Under the pieces are notes generated by a model. The model did no database searches. It had not been told where the DNA came from and worked only from the letters and a program-made list of their open reading frames with translations. From a virus (lineage: Duplodnaviria; Caudoviricetes), in the IMG/VR virus record IMGVR_UViG_3300032373_001161, positions 1-43,884 of that record: a stretch of DNA of 43,884 nt; one strand, 5' to 3'. Made by a program: the position numbers and the translations under genes. How positions within the stretch are numbered: position 1 is the stretch's first letter; every line of letters begins with the position of its first letter. This document shows positions 1 to 9,693 of this stretch, one piece after another.

Positions 1-3000
1 TTAATTTCCCAAAACCTGTTCTCTTTCCCGATCCTCGATCTGAGTGAGAGTCCTGCTCAACATCGACCGACGTTCGAACCGGAGACGGACAGAGCCGCGT
101 CCAACCATTGTAAATCTGTTGCGTGTGGTCTCGCCCATTGGGTTGGGAAGCTCTAGAACGCACCACTTGTTGGGCGAGAAAACATATGGGACATAGAGGA
201 TGCGATAGCGCCGGCGGCCATCCTTCGATGCGCCACTGGCGATACGGAGTTCATTGGCGGTCAACTCAAATTCGCCGCTGTCTTCCAGAGATGACTTGAC
301 CTCATACAACCAGTCCGCCTGAGGTGTCTTGAGCAGAAAGTCATAGCCTGCCGAATCGTCACCTTCGTCACCGCCGAAAAACTGTGCGCGGTTCTCTGAT
401 ATCCAGCACGTTTCATCGACGAAATCACTGTGGCGTCGGCACAGAAACTGAAAAGCAAGCCACTCGCTTGCCAGGCCCATCGCCTGTCGCTGTGCATCGG
501 TCGGTTGCTGACCACGCCGGCGCTTACCGCCACCCTTGCCGCCAGCACTCGACCCGTAACCGGGCTGCTCTGGGTTCTGGAACTCGACCAGCCGAGTCCG
601 CTGACGGCTTCGTTCAAACCAGGTCTCGTCTTTTGAGAGCCAGGCTGTGGCGATCTCTTGAAGACTCTCGGCGAACATTGGGTCGCCTGTGTCGAGCGAG
701 TTGCCGGCAAACTCAATGCTACGCCGAGCGATCTCCCGTTGTTGCCGCTCACGCTCGCGCCGCTTTTCCTCTTCCTCAACCTCATTCTTGTCGAGCCCCA
801 ATGCTTTCTCATCGAGCGTCTCGGGCATGCCGATCGGCCAGCAAGCGGCTCGTCGGCAGAGGGCCGGGATGCTCTCTGCCTTAACTGCCTCGAAGTCCAG
901 AAGCCCCTTGTTCTCCAGGTGCCGGACAACCGCCTGTACCTCGGCTTGGGTCCACGGCTCGGGCAATGATACGTCGCTCTGCCGGCACCAGACCCGTAGT
1001 ACCGGTAATGCAACCGCTGCAACCCCGCGCACCACCTTGCGGTTCGCCTCAACGAGCCGGTTCAGTGGTGGCAACTTGACCGACACATCATCCCCAAAGG
1101 TGTCGGCGAGAAGTGCCGAGACGTGCGCCTCAACAAGCTCCATCTCCAGTGTCTCCCGCGTCAGAACCCACTCCGCGTTGAAAGCGAGGAAACCTAAGCT
1201 CTTGCGTTCAACGTAGTTTGTGAGGTCATTGCCTTTTTGGAAGTCGGCGGCATGGTGTCGCCTCAGCCGTTCTATGATAGCAGGGCGTAGGCGTGCCAGA
1301 TGCGCGTCGTATAACTGTCGTAGATCCGCTTCGTTGGACAGCGTTGGTTCGCCTAGCTTCAACAAAACACGATTGAACCTCTCGTAGTCCAGTTCCAGAT
1401 CCCTGCGCAACTCGGTGCGGTTTGCAGCCTGCTCGCAGGCCTCAATCAATCTCTCCGGCCCATACTCCATGCCGGTCAAATGAAGCTGGAGCCACTTGCG
1501 TACGTCGAATCTTGCCCCGGCCCGGTCCACGTCGCGCTGAAGTTGCAGCGATAGTTCGATGTCACCGTAGTAGGCCGCCACTGGAAGCAGCAAATGCAGG
1601 ATATGCTCAAGATCAGTCCGCAGCGAAGCCCGATGGTCGTGTACTGTCTGGACATCGCAATCAAGCGCACGTGCTAGCGCCTCGTCGCTTGGTGCATCCA
1701 AGGCATCGGATGCTCGATAAAGGGCAAGTTGTGAGAGCAACAGCCTAGGCGACCTCAGCCTACTGTCTATCAGGCGCGAAAGCCCACCGGACAGCGGACC
1801 CGCCAACGTCATCCAGTCGAGCGATAGGTTGTGGGTCAGAATCAGGGTCGGTAACGTTTCATGCTCAAAGGCATACCACCCCAGATGTTCGGACGGAGAC
1901 ACCTCTTCGTCATCGACAACCAGAGTCATCGCCTCGCACCGCCGAACCCTGATGGTCCGTATCCGGCGATCGATCGTCGAGCTTTGGATGCCACGCTCAA
2001 GCTGTTCCCCACGGATCTCATGCCCGATAACTATGACCTCCGGGAGCCAATCCAGTCCTTGCGAGGTCAAAAGTGCGTCGTTGGAGCGTGGAACGAATGG
2101 CTCACCGTCCACAAGAAGTTGCACGCCTATGCCGTCCAGACGGCGAGGCATGAAGGCGCCAGTCTCTTCGAGCAAGGCGGCTATCCGGTCAGTCGGCGTT
2201 GAGCCGACTTCCAGAACCGGCTGCCCGGCCGCAGACAATATTCGCGCCTCAAACCTTTGAGCATCCTCCGTGACGATAACATCAGCGGGCGCTTCCGGCG
2301 CACCGCAATGGACATCAAGCTGGCCGCGTCGCGTGACGATCAATTCCAGGTCAGGCGGAAGCGAGGTGCCGGTCTCCACAACGTCTTGCCACGCGCGTCG
2401 GTACTCATTTCGCGCCGTCGGGCGTTCGTTTGACGCGAGGCTCGTTGCAACGCTTGCCAAGTGGCGAAGTCGAGCAACGGCTGTTTCCTGACTTTGCCAA
2501 TCGCGCAGTCCCAAGGCTTCACCAAAAGCAAGTTCTACCAACTCGCCGCCTTCGGAGAAGTCCGCCACCGTTTCGGGTACGCGGTCTATGAACCTTGGCG
2601 GCCCCCCGCGACGCACTCGGGATGCCCAACACTCTCTGGGATCTCTAAAGGCTATGCCGTCTTGCGTGCTCGCCGCTATCCAAGCTTTGGCCCGGAGGAA
2701 GGTCGCCAGCGGGGTCGGTAGTATTTGCCGATCCCATTCACGCTCGGAACGCCCAAAGCGACCGACCTCGAATTGAAAGTAACGTATGCCGTGGGATTTC
2801 AAATGCTCGAAGATAAGAGCGCACAGAGCCTCTCTTGCACTTTCCGGCAATGTCTCATGTTCAATCTGGCCCGGTAAGCGCCAAGCCTCTCCCTCCATCC
2901 GGTAGTCCTCGGTATAGGGGTGATTGAATGAAACGCGCTCTACTTCGGCACACCAAGCTTCGTCAAGTCCTTCGGCGGATTTTCCGTGTCTCAGGACGCC

Positions 3001-5358
3001 ATCCCACAAATAGGTCGGCGAGCCCTTGCGCGTCATCCGGGCCGCTACGGGCCGCAGTCCGTCGGCCACGCCAATGAGATCGAGGAAACGTGCCCAGTGC
3101 CGCTTGGCATCCTGAACTGCCACGGGCCAATCCTGTTGTCCGACCAACATGAGATCACGCGCGCGCCGGCAGTCTGCCGATACCTCTGCCGCCTCCACTA
3201 GGTAGTTTTCCAATGTTCTGCCGACCGGTGTCCATGATGACGAAAACACAGCGCGACTTGCCAGTTGCCAGCCCGAGAGCGTTGGCACTTGAAGCTCCGC
3301 CTCATGTAGTTCATCATCCACGCGCGCGCTCGCCGCGCGCCACACCTGAAACGCCCAAAGAAGCGCCTCTTGCCGCCGCTTACTATTCGCCTTCGTCCCA
3401 AGAGCGGACTTGAGGCCGGCCAAGGCTTCAACCGGGTCGTATTCTCGCACCAGACCCGCTTCGATAAGGGCATCCAGTGTCTCGCGTTTGAGTGTGATTC
3501 TCTCATCGAGAAAACGGTATCGGCGGGCCAACGTTGCGGGCGGCAGCGGCACTCCTGCCTTCTTCCGTTTGCCCTTTGGTACGTCACGCCGGACATACAC
3601 GCCGGCCCGTGCTGTTTCGTCATGGCCACCGGCCGGCCTTAGCTTTCCTGATCGGTCGAGGAGAATCTCTTTGCCGTCCAATAGCTCCAGCACCGCGCCA
3701 GAGGCATCAAAGACCCTAGGGAGATCGTTGTAGAAGCTTGACCAGGTTCGTGCTGCCGACTTGCGGCTCAGCAGTGAGCGGGCGAACGCCTCCGACCAGT
3801 CCGCCAGTTGTCCGCTGGATGGTGTGAGTGATCGAAACGTACGACGGGCTACCTCTCTGAGACGCTCTATTCGCCGGGTATCAAGGTCTTTTGAGACCAG
3901 TCGGGCTCCCACATGCCTCGCGACGTCCCTGTCCTTCAGCACCGCGAAACTGCCCTCCGGCCAAATACTGACTTGAGAAATGCTTGCCCATTCCTTGCTG
4001 CCCCGTTCGGCAATGACCGGGATGACCGGCGCATCGCGCAGGGCGCTGTCGATCTCCTTCAGTGCGCCATCGAGCTTGCCGGCATGTTCCCCCGTCCAGG
4101 CGAACAGGTCGAATACCGCTTGCGGCGTTATCGGTAACTCATGCTCGACAATGGATAGAGCGGCTGCGGCACATGCCTCCGCTGCCGCTTCTATCAATGT
4201 TTTGTTTAGAGGCAGGTCGAGGTCAGCAGCACGCCGGTCAATGTCCGTAAAGAAGGGCGCGTCGAGGTATCCGATCAACGGCGCGTCTGCCTCTTCACCC
4301 ATTGGAAGAAAATTGTAGAGGCGGCCATTCGTCACCGCAGCTGTGGACAGGCCAACGGCCACCGAAACCTCCGGCTGCCCTTTCCAGTCAAGCCAGCGCT
4401 TAAGTTGAGGGACAGACGGGATGCTGCTTTCGATAGCCGCGCGCACCCGCTCCTTATCAACCTCGCGGCGCACCACCAGGAACCGGCGGCCTTCGCCTAC
4501 ATCCACTTCGTAGATTGCGCTGCCTTGAAGCTTCGGTATGACGCCTAATGACTTATGGCGCCGATGCAGACGCCGCCGGTAGGGGGGGTGGTTTGGCCGC
4601 TCGACATCGATCCGGACCTCAACAATGCGGTCCAGGAACAATAGAAGCGGCACATCAAGGTCGGCGAGCGTTTTGACCTGCTCGCACGCCAACGCCACCG
4701 CCTCAGCTGTCCGTAGCGGCGCGACAATAACCGTCGCATAGCCACGGCGGGCAAACGAGATTATCTCTTCGGGCTGCTCGTTCAGCGGTCTTGGGACAAG
4801 GTATCGCGGAATGGTTCTCGCCACTTCGCTACGCGTCGAAGCGTCAACGCCGTAAGACTGCAGGACGGATTCAATCTCAGGTGTGGAGGCAAAGCGAAAA
4901 CAATAACCGTTGAACCTGTTCGGTTTCTCCTTCCCTTGCTGTGAGAATATCCGTGCGTCATTGGTCAGCGCCTCAATGCTCCTGAAACCGAGCCCCTTAT
5001 TTCCAATGCCTTCGCCAATTTCCTTGGCGCTGATCGCCAGGTTCCTGATGGCCTCCACATCTTCCTTTCGGAATCCGTTGCCATCATTTGCGATGTAGAG
5101 CTCGCCATCGTTGTCTGATCGGATGACCAGTCTGATTGCGATTCGGCCCTCGTCACCCGACTCATGAGCGTCATGGGCGTTCTGAATCAACTCAAACAGA
5201 ACCCGATCGCCGTACTCGGTGCCGATAACCTCGTTCAGATTTTGGAGGCTCTCGTAGACCTTTAGGCTGCGTCGCTGCGCGTCAACGGCATGCTCCAGTA
5301 CCGCCCGGACTTGCCTCTCCAGATCCTCGGCAGGCCGCCCAGAAATCACGTCATTCAT
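1..5358 (-). CDS. Large sacsin/NOV-like GHKL ATPase with C-terminal DUF3883 (PD-(D/E)XK-like) domain; candidate anti-phage protein
   Basis: N-terminal GHKL motifs FELIQNAHDA, NDGNGF and IGNKGLGFRS. C-terminal AGYDFLL...YEVKSS...FELTANE typical of DUF3883. Complete ORF; ATGA overlap with the upstream gene. Confidence 0.8.
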   Translation of the reverse strand: MNDVISGRPAEDLERQVRAVLEHAVDAQRRSLKVYESLQNLNEVIGTEYGDRVLFELIQNAHDAHESGDEGRIAIRLVIRSDNDGELYIANDGNGFRKEDVEAIRNLAISAKEIGEGIGNKGLGFRSIEALTNDARIFSQQGKEKPNRFNGYCFRFASTPEIESVLQSYGVDASTRSEVARTIPRYLVPRPLNEQPEEIISFARRGYATVIVAPLRTAEAVALACEQVKTLADLDVPLLLFLDRIVEVRIDVERPNHPPYRRRLHRRHKSLGVIPKLQGSAIYEVDVGEGRRFLVVRREVDKERVRAAIESSIPSVPQLKRWLDWKGQPEVSVAVGLSTAAVTNGRLYNFLPMGEEADAPLIGYLDAPFFTDIDRRAADLDLPLNKTLIEAAAEACAAAALSIVEHELPITPQAVFDLFAWTGEHAGKLDGALKEIDSALRDAPVIPVIAERGSKEWASISQVSIWPEGSFAVLKDRDVARHVGARLVSKDLDTRRIERLREVARRTFRSLTPSSGQLADWSEAFARSLLSRKSAARTWSSFYNDLPRVFDASGAVLELLDGKEILLDRSGKLRPAGGHDETARAGVYVRRDVPKGKRKKAGVPLPPATLARRYRFLDERITLKRETLDALIEAGLVREYDPVEALAGLKSALGTKANSKRRQEALLWAFQVWRAASARVDDELHEAELQVPTLSGWQLASRAVFSSSWTPVGRTLENYLVEAAEVSADCRRARDLMLVGQQDWPVAVQDAKRHWARFLDLIGVADGLRPVAARMTRKGSPTYLWDGVLRHGKSAEGLDEAWCAEVERVSFNHPYTEDYRMEGEAWRLPGQIEHETLPESAREALCALIFEHLKSHGIRYFQFEVGRFGRSEREWDRQILPTPLATFLRAKAWIAASTQDGIAFRDPRECWASRVRRGGPPRFIDRVPETVADFSEGGELVELAFGEALGLRDWQSQETAVARLRHLASVATSLASNERPTARNEYRRAWQDVVETGTSLPPDLELIVTRRGQLDVHCGAPEAPADVIVTEDAQRFEARILSAAGQPVLEVGSTPTDRIAALLEETGAFMPRRLDGIGVQLLVDGEPFVPRSNDALLTSQGLDWLPEVIVIGHEIRGEQLERGIQSSTIDRRIRTIRVRRCEAMTLVVDDEEVSPSEHLGWYAFEHETLPTLILTHNLSLDWMTLAGPLSGGLSRLIDSRLRSPRLLLSQLALYRASDALDAPSDEALARALDCDVQTVHDHRASLRTDLEHILHLLLPVAAYYGDIELSLQLQRDVDRAGARFDVRKWLQLHLTGMEYGPERLIEACEQAANRTELRRDLELDYERFNRVLLKLGEPTLSNEADLRQLYDAHLARLRPAIIERLRRHHAADFQKGNDLTNYVERKSLGFLAFNAEWVLTRETLEMELVEAHVSALLADTFGDDVSVKLPPLNRLVEANRKVVRGVAAVALPVLRVWCRQSDVSLPEPWTQAEVQAVVRHLENKGLLDFEAVKAESIPALCRRAACWPIGMPETLDEKALGLDKNEVEEEEKRRERERQQREIARRSIEFAGNSLDTGDPMFAESLQEIATAWLSKDETWFERSRQRTRLVEFQNPEQPGYGSSAGGKGGGKRRRGQQPTDAQRQAMGLASEWLAFQFLCRRHSDFVDETCWISENRAQFFGGDEGDDSAGYDFLLKTPQADWLYEVKSSLEDSGEFELTANELRIASGASKDGRRRYRILYVPYVFSPNKWCVLELPNPMGETTRNRFTMVGRGSVRLRFERRSMLSRTLTQIEDREREQVLGN

Positions 5359-5867
5359 GGCCGCAAATTCCCTTCACCGGCCCCGTCTTTGCGTACAATT
5401 TCATTTGCCTGTTCAGGCCAAATCTGTTTCCCAATCTGCTTAAACTTGGAGACGGCCAAGGCGCCGCGCTCATTTCGTGCTTTGCTGCCGGGGGCGGTCA
5501 GCGCCTCGACGACCGCGCCACGCTCCGCTTCCCAGATCTCCAACGTTTCGAGCACCTCGTCCATCAAGACCAAAAGAACAGCGTCCCATTCATGGTCTAG
5601 TTTGATGGAACCGAGCCGTTGGCTTTTTCGGCGTCCGGCTGCGGAAATGGCGCGGGCCTTGATCTGGTAACGCACGCCGTACTCGTCAGTCGCGTCGTAT
5701 CCGGGAGCCCTCGCATCGGCGAGAGTGAGACCGAGAAGCCGTGCTGCTTCATATTCCCCGACCTCACCTGTAATGCCGAGCGGTTTCCCTGTCAGCCGAT
5801 AGTAGTCGATCGCCGCTTGCTTGGCTCTCGCGAGGATCTCGCTGATCGACGTCGTGATGTCGGTCAT
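5355..5867 (-). CDS. Small putative PD-(D/E)XK nuclease-like protein (DUF6998-like)
   Basis: GEVGEYEAA...PGYDATD...YQIKAR pattern. Start placed at ATG 5867, which overlaps the stop of the upstream peptidase (ATGA). Confidence 0.6.
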   Translation of the reverse strand: MTDITTSISEILARAKQAAIDYYRLTGKPLGITGEVGEYEAARLLGLTLADARAPGYDATDEYGVRYQIKARAISAAGRRKSQRLGSIKLDHEWDAVLLVLMDEVLETLEIWEAERGAVVEALTAPGSKARNERGALAVSKFKQIGKQIWPEQANEIVRKDGAGEGNLRP

Positions 5868-6781
5868 GACCGCGCGCCAGCGGTGAACTGATCGTAGGTG
5901 TCCCACTCCTTCGGCTCGTCAAGATTATCGCCCCACATCCGGTCCGGTGCATCGTTAGGATAGAGGAGCAGGGAGATCGACATTTCATTCCGTGGCGAGA
6001 AGACGGTCATCTCGTGGACCTCCTCGCCTCCCAGCCAAACGCCTTTTGCGTGAATAACGCCCGTGGTGTTATCAATCGACATATCCTGGCGTGCGGCGAG
6101 CGAATTTTCGGGCAAGGGCACGATCTGCTGGCGGGCGCGGTAGAAGACGCCCGATTTGATCAACGGCTGGCTCGACCAGGCCCAGTCGATGAAGCCATTC
6201 TCGCCAATCACGATCATCGCCCGCTTATCGGTTATGCCGAGCCACTTGAGAATGGCGGCGGTGATGGAGACCTCATATTGGTCTGACAGGTGGCTCATGA
6301 GATCCATGGTGATGTCTTGGCCACGGATCTGGGCACGAAAGTCATCCAACGGCATCAGCAGATACGATGCGAAGGTGTTCGCTTGCGCTTCGACCTGCCC
6401 ACGCTCCGACCTCCAATCCAGCATGGCGCGGTTGCTGCACTGCAGCCCCCCTGGAGACAAGGTCCGGTGAAGCAGGTAGTGCCCCAATTCGTGGGCCAGG
6501 GTGAAGTTGATCCTGCCCTTCGATGTGATGGCGCTGTTATAGACGATGCCCCATTCGCCATTGCCGTCGGGATGCGGGATCAGCATGCCTTCGAAGTTTT
6601 TGGACATTTCCAGGCCCTCGACCATGGTGATCGGCGCCTCGGGGAAAACCTGCCTGGAGTAATCGGTCGCAATGGCGGCCACGTTGATGGGGAAGCGATC
6701 CAAGCCATGCACCTCATGGAACAGTTTGACGAGCTTGGTTAGGTGGATCGCCCATCCCTCTGGTGTGGTCGGAAGGTTCAC
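5864..6781 (-). CDS. ImmA/IrrE-family Zn metallopeptidase (CapP-like)
   Basis: RINFTLAHELGHYLLH (HExxH) and EAQANTFASYLLMP; long C-terminal extension as in IrrE/CapP. GTG start overlaps the HTH stop. Confidence 0.88.
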   Translation of the reverse strand: MNLPTTPEGWAIHLTKLVKLFHEVHGLDRFPINVAAIATDYSRQVFPEAPITMVEGLEMSKNFEGMLIPHPDGNGEWGIVYNSAITSKGRINFTLAHELGHYLLHRTLSPGGLQCSNRAMLDWRSERGQVEAQANTFASYLLMPLDDFRAQIRGQDITMDLMSHLSDQYEVSITAAILKWLGITDKRAMIVIGENGFIDWAWSSQPLIKSGVFYRARQQIVPLPENSLAARQDMSIDNTTGVIHAKGVWLGGEEVHEMTVFSPRNEMSISLLLYPNDAPDRMWGDNLDEPKEWDTYDQFTAGARS

Positions 6782-7098
6782 CGTTTTTTACCCCACGCCT
6801 CGACCATGTCTTCAATGCGTTTCTTATCATCGAGATCGAGCTTGCTGAACTTCCGAAAGAATGCCTCCCGTACGACTTTTTCATCGGGATCAGCCGATTC
6901 GTCGAGCAGATAGTCCGTTGTCACCTCCAGGGCCTGAGCGATTCGCGTTAGTTTTTCACCGGACGGCTTGCGGGTGTCTCGGTTTTCGAGTTCCCAGATG
7001 TAGCTCTTGCTGGATTCGGTGAGTTTGGCGAGCTTGTCGAGGGAATATCCCTTCTCCTGCCGGTGCCGCTTAATCTTCTCGCCCAGGGATGTCGTCAT
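6778..7098 (-). CDS. XRE-family HTH repressor (CapH-like)
   Basis: LGEKIKRHRQEKGYSLDKLA..SKSYIWELEN..PS HTH; C-terminal AFFRKF motif. Probable start ATG 7098. Confidence 0.9.
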   Translation of the reverse strand: MTTSLGEKIKRHRQEKGYSLDKLAKLTESSKSYIWELENRDTRKPSGEKLTRIAQALEVTTDYLLDESADPDEKVVREAFFRKFSKLDLDDKKRIEDMVEAWGKKR

Positions 7099-7125
7099 TT
7101 TTTTCCTACCCAATTAACAAAATGG

Positions 7126-7197
7126 TCTTGTTCGATATATAGCGAACAAGATCGTACTTGACAAGACATGTGCGCGTGTGTTCGATATACATCGAAC
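7126..7197. promoter_or_regulatory. Divergent promoter with two palindromic operators (GTTCG-N8-CGAAC) flanking a TTGACA -35 box
   Basis: TCTTGTTCG-ATATATAG-CGAACAAGA (7126-7151) and GTTCGAT-ATAC-ATCGAAC (7180-7197), cores 50 bp apart. TTGACA at 7158-7163. Confidence 0.8.
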
Positions 7198-7256
7198 GAC
7201 CACGTATCGCTAGATTTTGCGCTTGGTGGTCACCCTTCTGTCATAGGAGACCATCA

Positions 7257-8429
7257 ATGCCGTTTCTTAATCGTATGATCCGCAACACCTCTGTTCCCTC
7301 CCTTCGGGAGTTTTTCACTAGCCGTGCCGTCGATCTGCCGCCCGCCGTGAACTGGGCCGCGCCCGAGCAGGATGTTATTCAGTCCTTGCTGCGGGCGGTT
7401 GATGAAATGGACGATATGGCTCTGGCCCGGGTCGTGAACGACGCAGAGCGGGTCACCAACATGGTCGACGATGCAGGCCAGACAGCACTTTACAGTGTAA
7501 TCGAGGATCGTGCCCATTTGGACGACCTCGGCAACGCCCATGAACGGGTGCTGTGGATGTTTCGGAATGACCCGACCGGCTTCCTGCGGGCCGAAGAGGT
7601 CCGCTTCACCGACGAGCGGCGTCGTGGCCGCATGTGGGACGGCTTCATCGGGACGCCGAACGTCGCCTTGCAGCGGAATGCCGAAGCCGTGGCCGCATTC
7701 GAGAAGGCGGTTCGGGAGCGGTTCGCCTCGAACAACGTCCATATCGATATCTTCGACCGCCACCGGCCAATGTTTGATGGCGAGGACTGCGAACTGGTCC
7801 AGGTCGTGATCTACCGGGAGGGGCTTCCCGATGATGACCTTGCCTTCGATGAACACGGCAAGTTAACCCGTAGGCCTCGACGGCCCGTCTTCGAGGCGGC
7901 CATGACCTACGAGCCGGCAACCGGCGTCATTGAGGTCGTCGCCAGCGACAGAGAAAGCCGCGAGGACATGGTCCGGTTTCTGGCCCGTGATCTGCTCGGG
8001 ATCGAGTTCCGGGAGGAACGGCTGCCGTTCCGCCAGTACGATCTTTCGGTGTTGCTGCGACCCCACGATTTTTCCACCGATCCGGCGGACGGGATTGCCG
8101 CCGTCGAAGTCAAGTCATTGCGCCTGATGCCCATCGAGAGCGTTGGCGAGCGGTTGACGTTGGAATGCCTGCGCAAGGCCGACCGCTCGATCTGGGACAT
8201 GGCGCGGGAGCGTTTCGGCGGCGCCGATCCCCTTCAGGGCGGGTGGGTCGCCACCCAGGCCAAGCTGACCATCCGTTTCCATCCCACCGGCGGATCGCGG
8301 CGCACGCGCACTTTGCCCCTGACCATCACCATGCCACATGGCTGCAATCTCAAGGATCAGACCGAACGCGAGCAACTGATCGGGGAGAAGTATTTGCGGC
8401 TTTGGGGCATCCTGCGCGATGCCGGGTAA
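7257..8429 (+). CDS. Hypothetical early protein (390 aa)
   Basis: Long ORF; AGGAGA RBS at 7245-7250 before ATG 7257; no catalytic motif recognised. Confidence 0.8.
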   Translation: MPFLNRMIRNTSVPSLREFFTSRAVDLPPAVNWAAPEQDVIQSLLRAVDEMDDMALARVVNDAERVTNMVDDAGQTALYSVIEDRAHLDDLGNAHERVLWMFRNDPTGFLRAEEVRFTDERRRGRMWDGFIGTPNVALQRNAEAVAAFEKAVRERFASNNVHIDIFDRHRPMFDGEDCELVQVVIYREGLPDDDLAFDEHGKLTRRPRRPVFEAAMTYEPATGVIEVVASDRESREDMVRFLARDLLGIEFREERLPFRQYDLSVLLRPHDFSTDPADGIAAVEVKSLRLMPIESVGERLTLECLRKADRSIWDMARERFGGADPLQGGWVATQAKLTIRFHPTGGSRRTRTLPLTITMPHGCNLKDQTEREQLIGEKYLRLWGILRDAG

Positions 8430-9372
8430 CGGCTCCGGCCTCGAACCGACGGCCCTGGAGTTGTTGCTGAACGCCGTCGAGACGCCGGAAGCAGCCATCT
8501 CCGGGGGCGTGCTGGACGACTACCATGCCTCCGAGTCCGTTGCCCTGAAGGAGGCCGGGCTACTGAAACCGCATGGGCACGAGGCGGCGTCCGCATCGTT
8601 AGCCGATCACGACGACGTTCCCGTGACCTTGTCGTGGTCCGCCGAGGACGGGGGATTGGGATATTTCAGTCCGACCGCCGGCTGGGTCACCGTGGCGGAA
8701 GACAGAATCGCTCGCTTCCGGGTGGACTTCCCGGTTCTTCTCGCCCGGTTGATGGTTCAGGCAGATGTGTCATCCCGTTCCGGGCCGGCGCCGCTCGTTC
8801 CCGACCTGCTTTGGGAGATCGGCGACGTCCGTCTCGGCCGCCGGACCCAACGGGTGCCGATCTGGTTCGCCAGACGCATCCATGAACGGTCGGTGTGGCG
8901 GCAAATCAAGGATGTGGCGAAGGCGCGTCCGACATTCGGGTTGCGGGTGGTGCTGACCAGCACCCCGTCGCATCGCTTCCCGGATGAGGCAATCGCTGGT
9001 CACCTGCTGGTTGGCATCCGCGACGTGATCGATTTCGCTTCAGGGTTGGCCGTCCATCCGGACATCCTCGCCGCTCGCCTGGACGGTTCGCATCAACCGG
9101 ATGTCGAAGAGGCACTCTATCTCTCGCCGGATGGGAAGCAGTTGATAATAAACGGCGACGTCACCATCAGGTTCAGGTCCGCCTACCACATCGCGATCAT
9201 CCGCAAACTGGTCACGGGCTTCCGGGAAGGGAAGCGATTTACCGCCCGTGAACTCCTCGACCATGCCCAGTCGAATTCCGATACCCTCCGCCAGGCCTTC
9301 GGTGCCAAGAAGTGGGCCCAACTCGAACCTTATATTAAGACCCGCGACGGGCTCTGGGGCTTCGAACTCTAG
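8419..9372 (+). CDS. Hypothetical protein, possible C-terminal winged-helix DNA-binding domain
   Basis: 317-aa ORF overlapping the previous stop. C-terminus (IIRKLVTGF...FTARELLDHAQ...GLWGF) resembles a wHTH (inference). Confidence 0.7.
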   Translation: MPGNGSGLEPTALELLLNAVETPEAAISGGVLDDYHASESVALKEAGLLKPHGHEAASASLADHDDVPVTLSWSAEDGGLGYFSPTAGWVTVAEDRIARFRVDFPVLLARLMVQADVSSRSGPAPLVPDLLWEIGDVRLGRRTQRVPIWFARRIHERSVWRQIKDVAKARPTFGLRVVLTSTPSHRFPDEAIAGHLLVGIRDVIDFASGLAVHPDILAARLDGSHQPDVEEALYLSPDGKQLIINGDVTIRFRSAYHIAIIRKLVTGFREGKRFTARELLDHAQSNSDTLRQAFGAKKWAQLEPYIKTRDGLWGFEL

Positions 9373-9472
9373 GCGATTTTCTCTCCCTTTTTCTCCCGTT
9401 TGACCCCTCGGTTTTCTCTCTGATTTTGCGCGACTCTGCCTTCGGACGCAATGCAATCCGAAGGAGAGCGAA

Positions 9473-9682
9473 GTGACTATCAGACATCTCAACCAGACCG
9501 AATTGGCGGACCGGTGGAACATCAGCCACCGGACGCTAGAGCGTTGGCGGTGGACCGGTGAAGGACCCACCTTCCTGAAAATCGGCGGCCGAGTCGTGTA
9601 CCGCCTGGAAGACGTCGAGGCATTCGAGGCGGAACAGACGCGTAACAGCACCGCCGACAATCCCTTCGCGGCGTCGGTTTGA
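9473..9682 (+). CDS. Excisionase/AlpA-like HTH DNA-binding protein
   Basis: HLNQTELADRWNISHRTLERWRWTGEGPTFLKIGGRVVYRLEDVEAFE; AAGGAG RBS before the GTG start. Confidence 0.88.
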   Translation: MTIRHLNQTELADRWNISHRTLERWRWTGEGPTFLKIGGRVVYRLEDVEAFEAEQTRNSTADNPFAASV

Positions 9683-9693
9683 GGGGAGCGGTC

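Noticed and set aside
7126-7197. Operators as LexA/SOS boxes
   Set aside because: The geometry GTTCG-N8-CGAAC matches neither the alphaproteobacterial GTTC-N7-GTTC direct repeat nor the Gram-positive CGAAC-N4-GTTCG box; the adjacent HTH is the simpler explanation.
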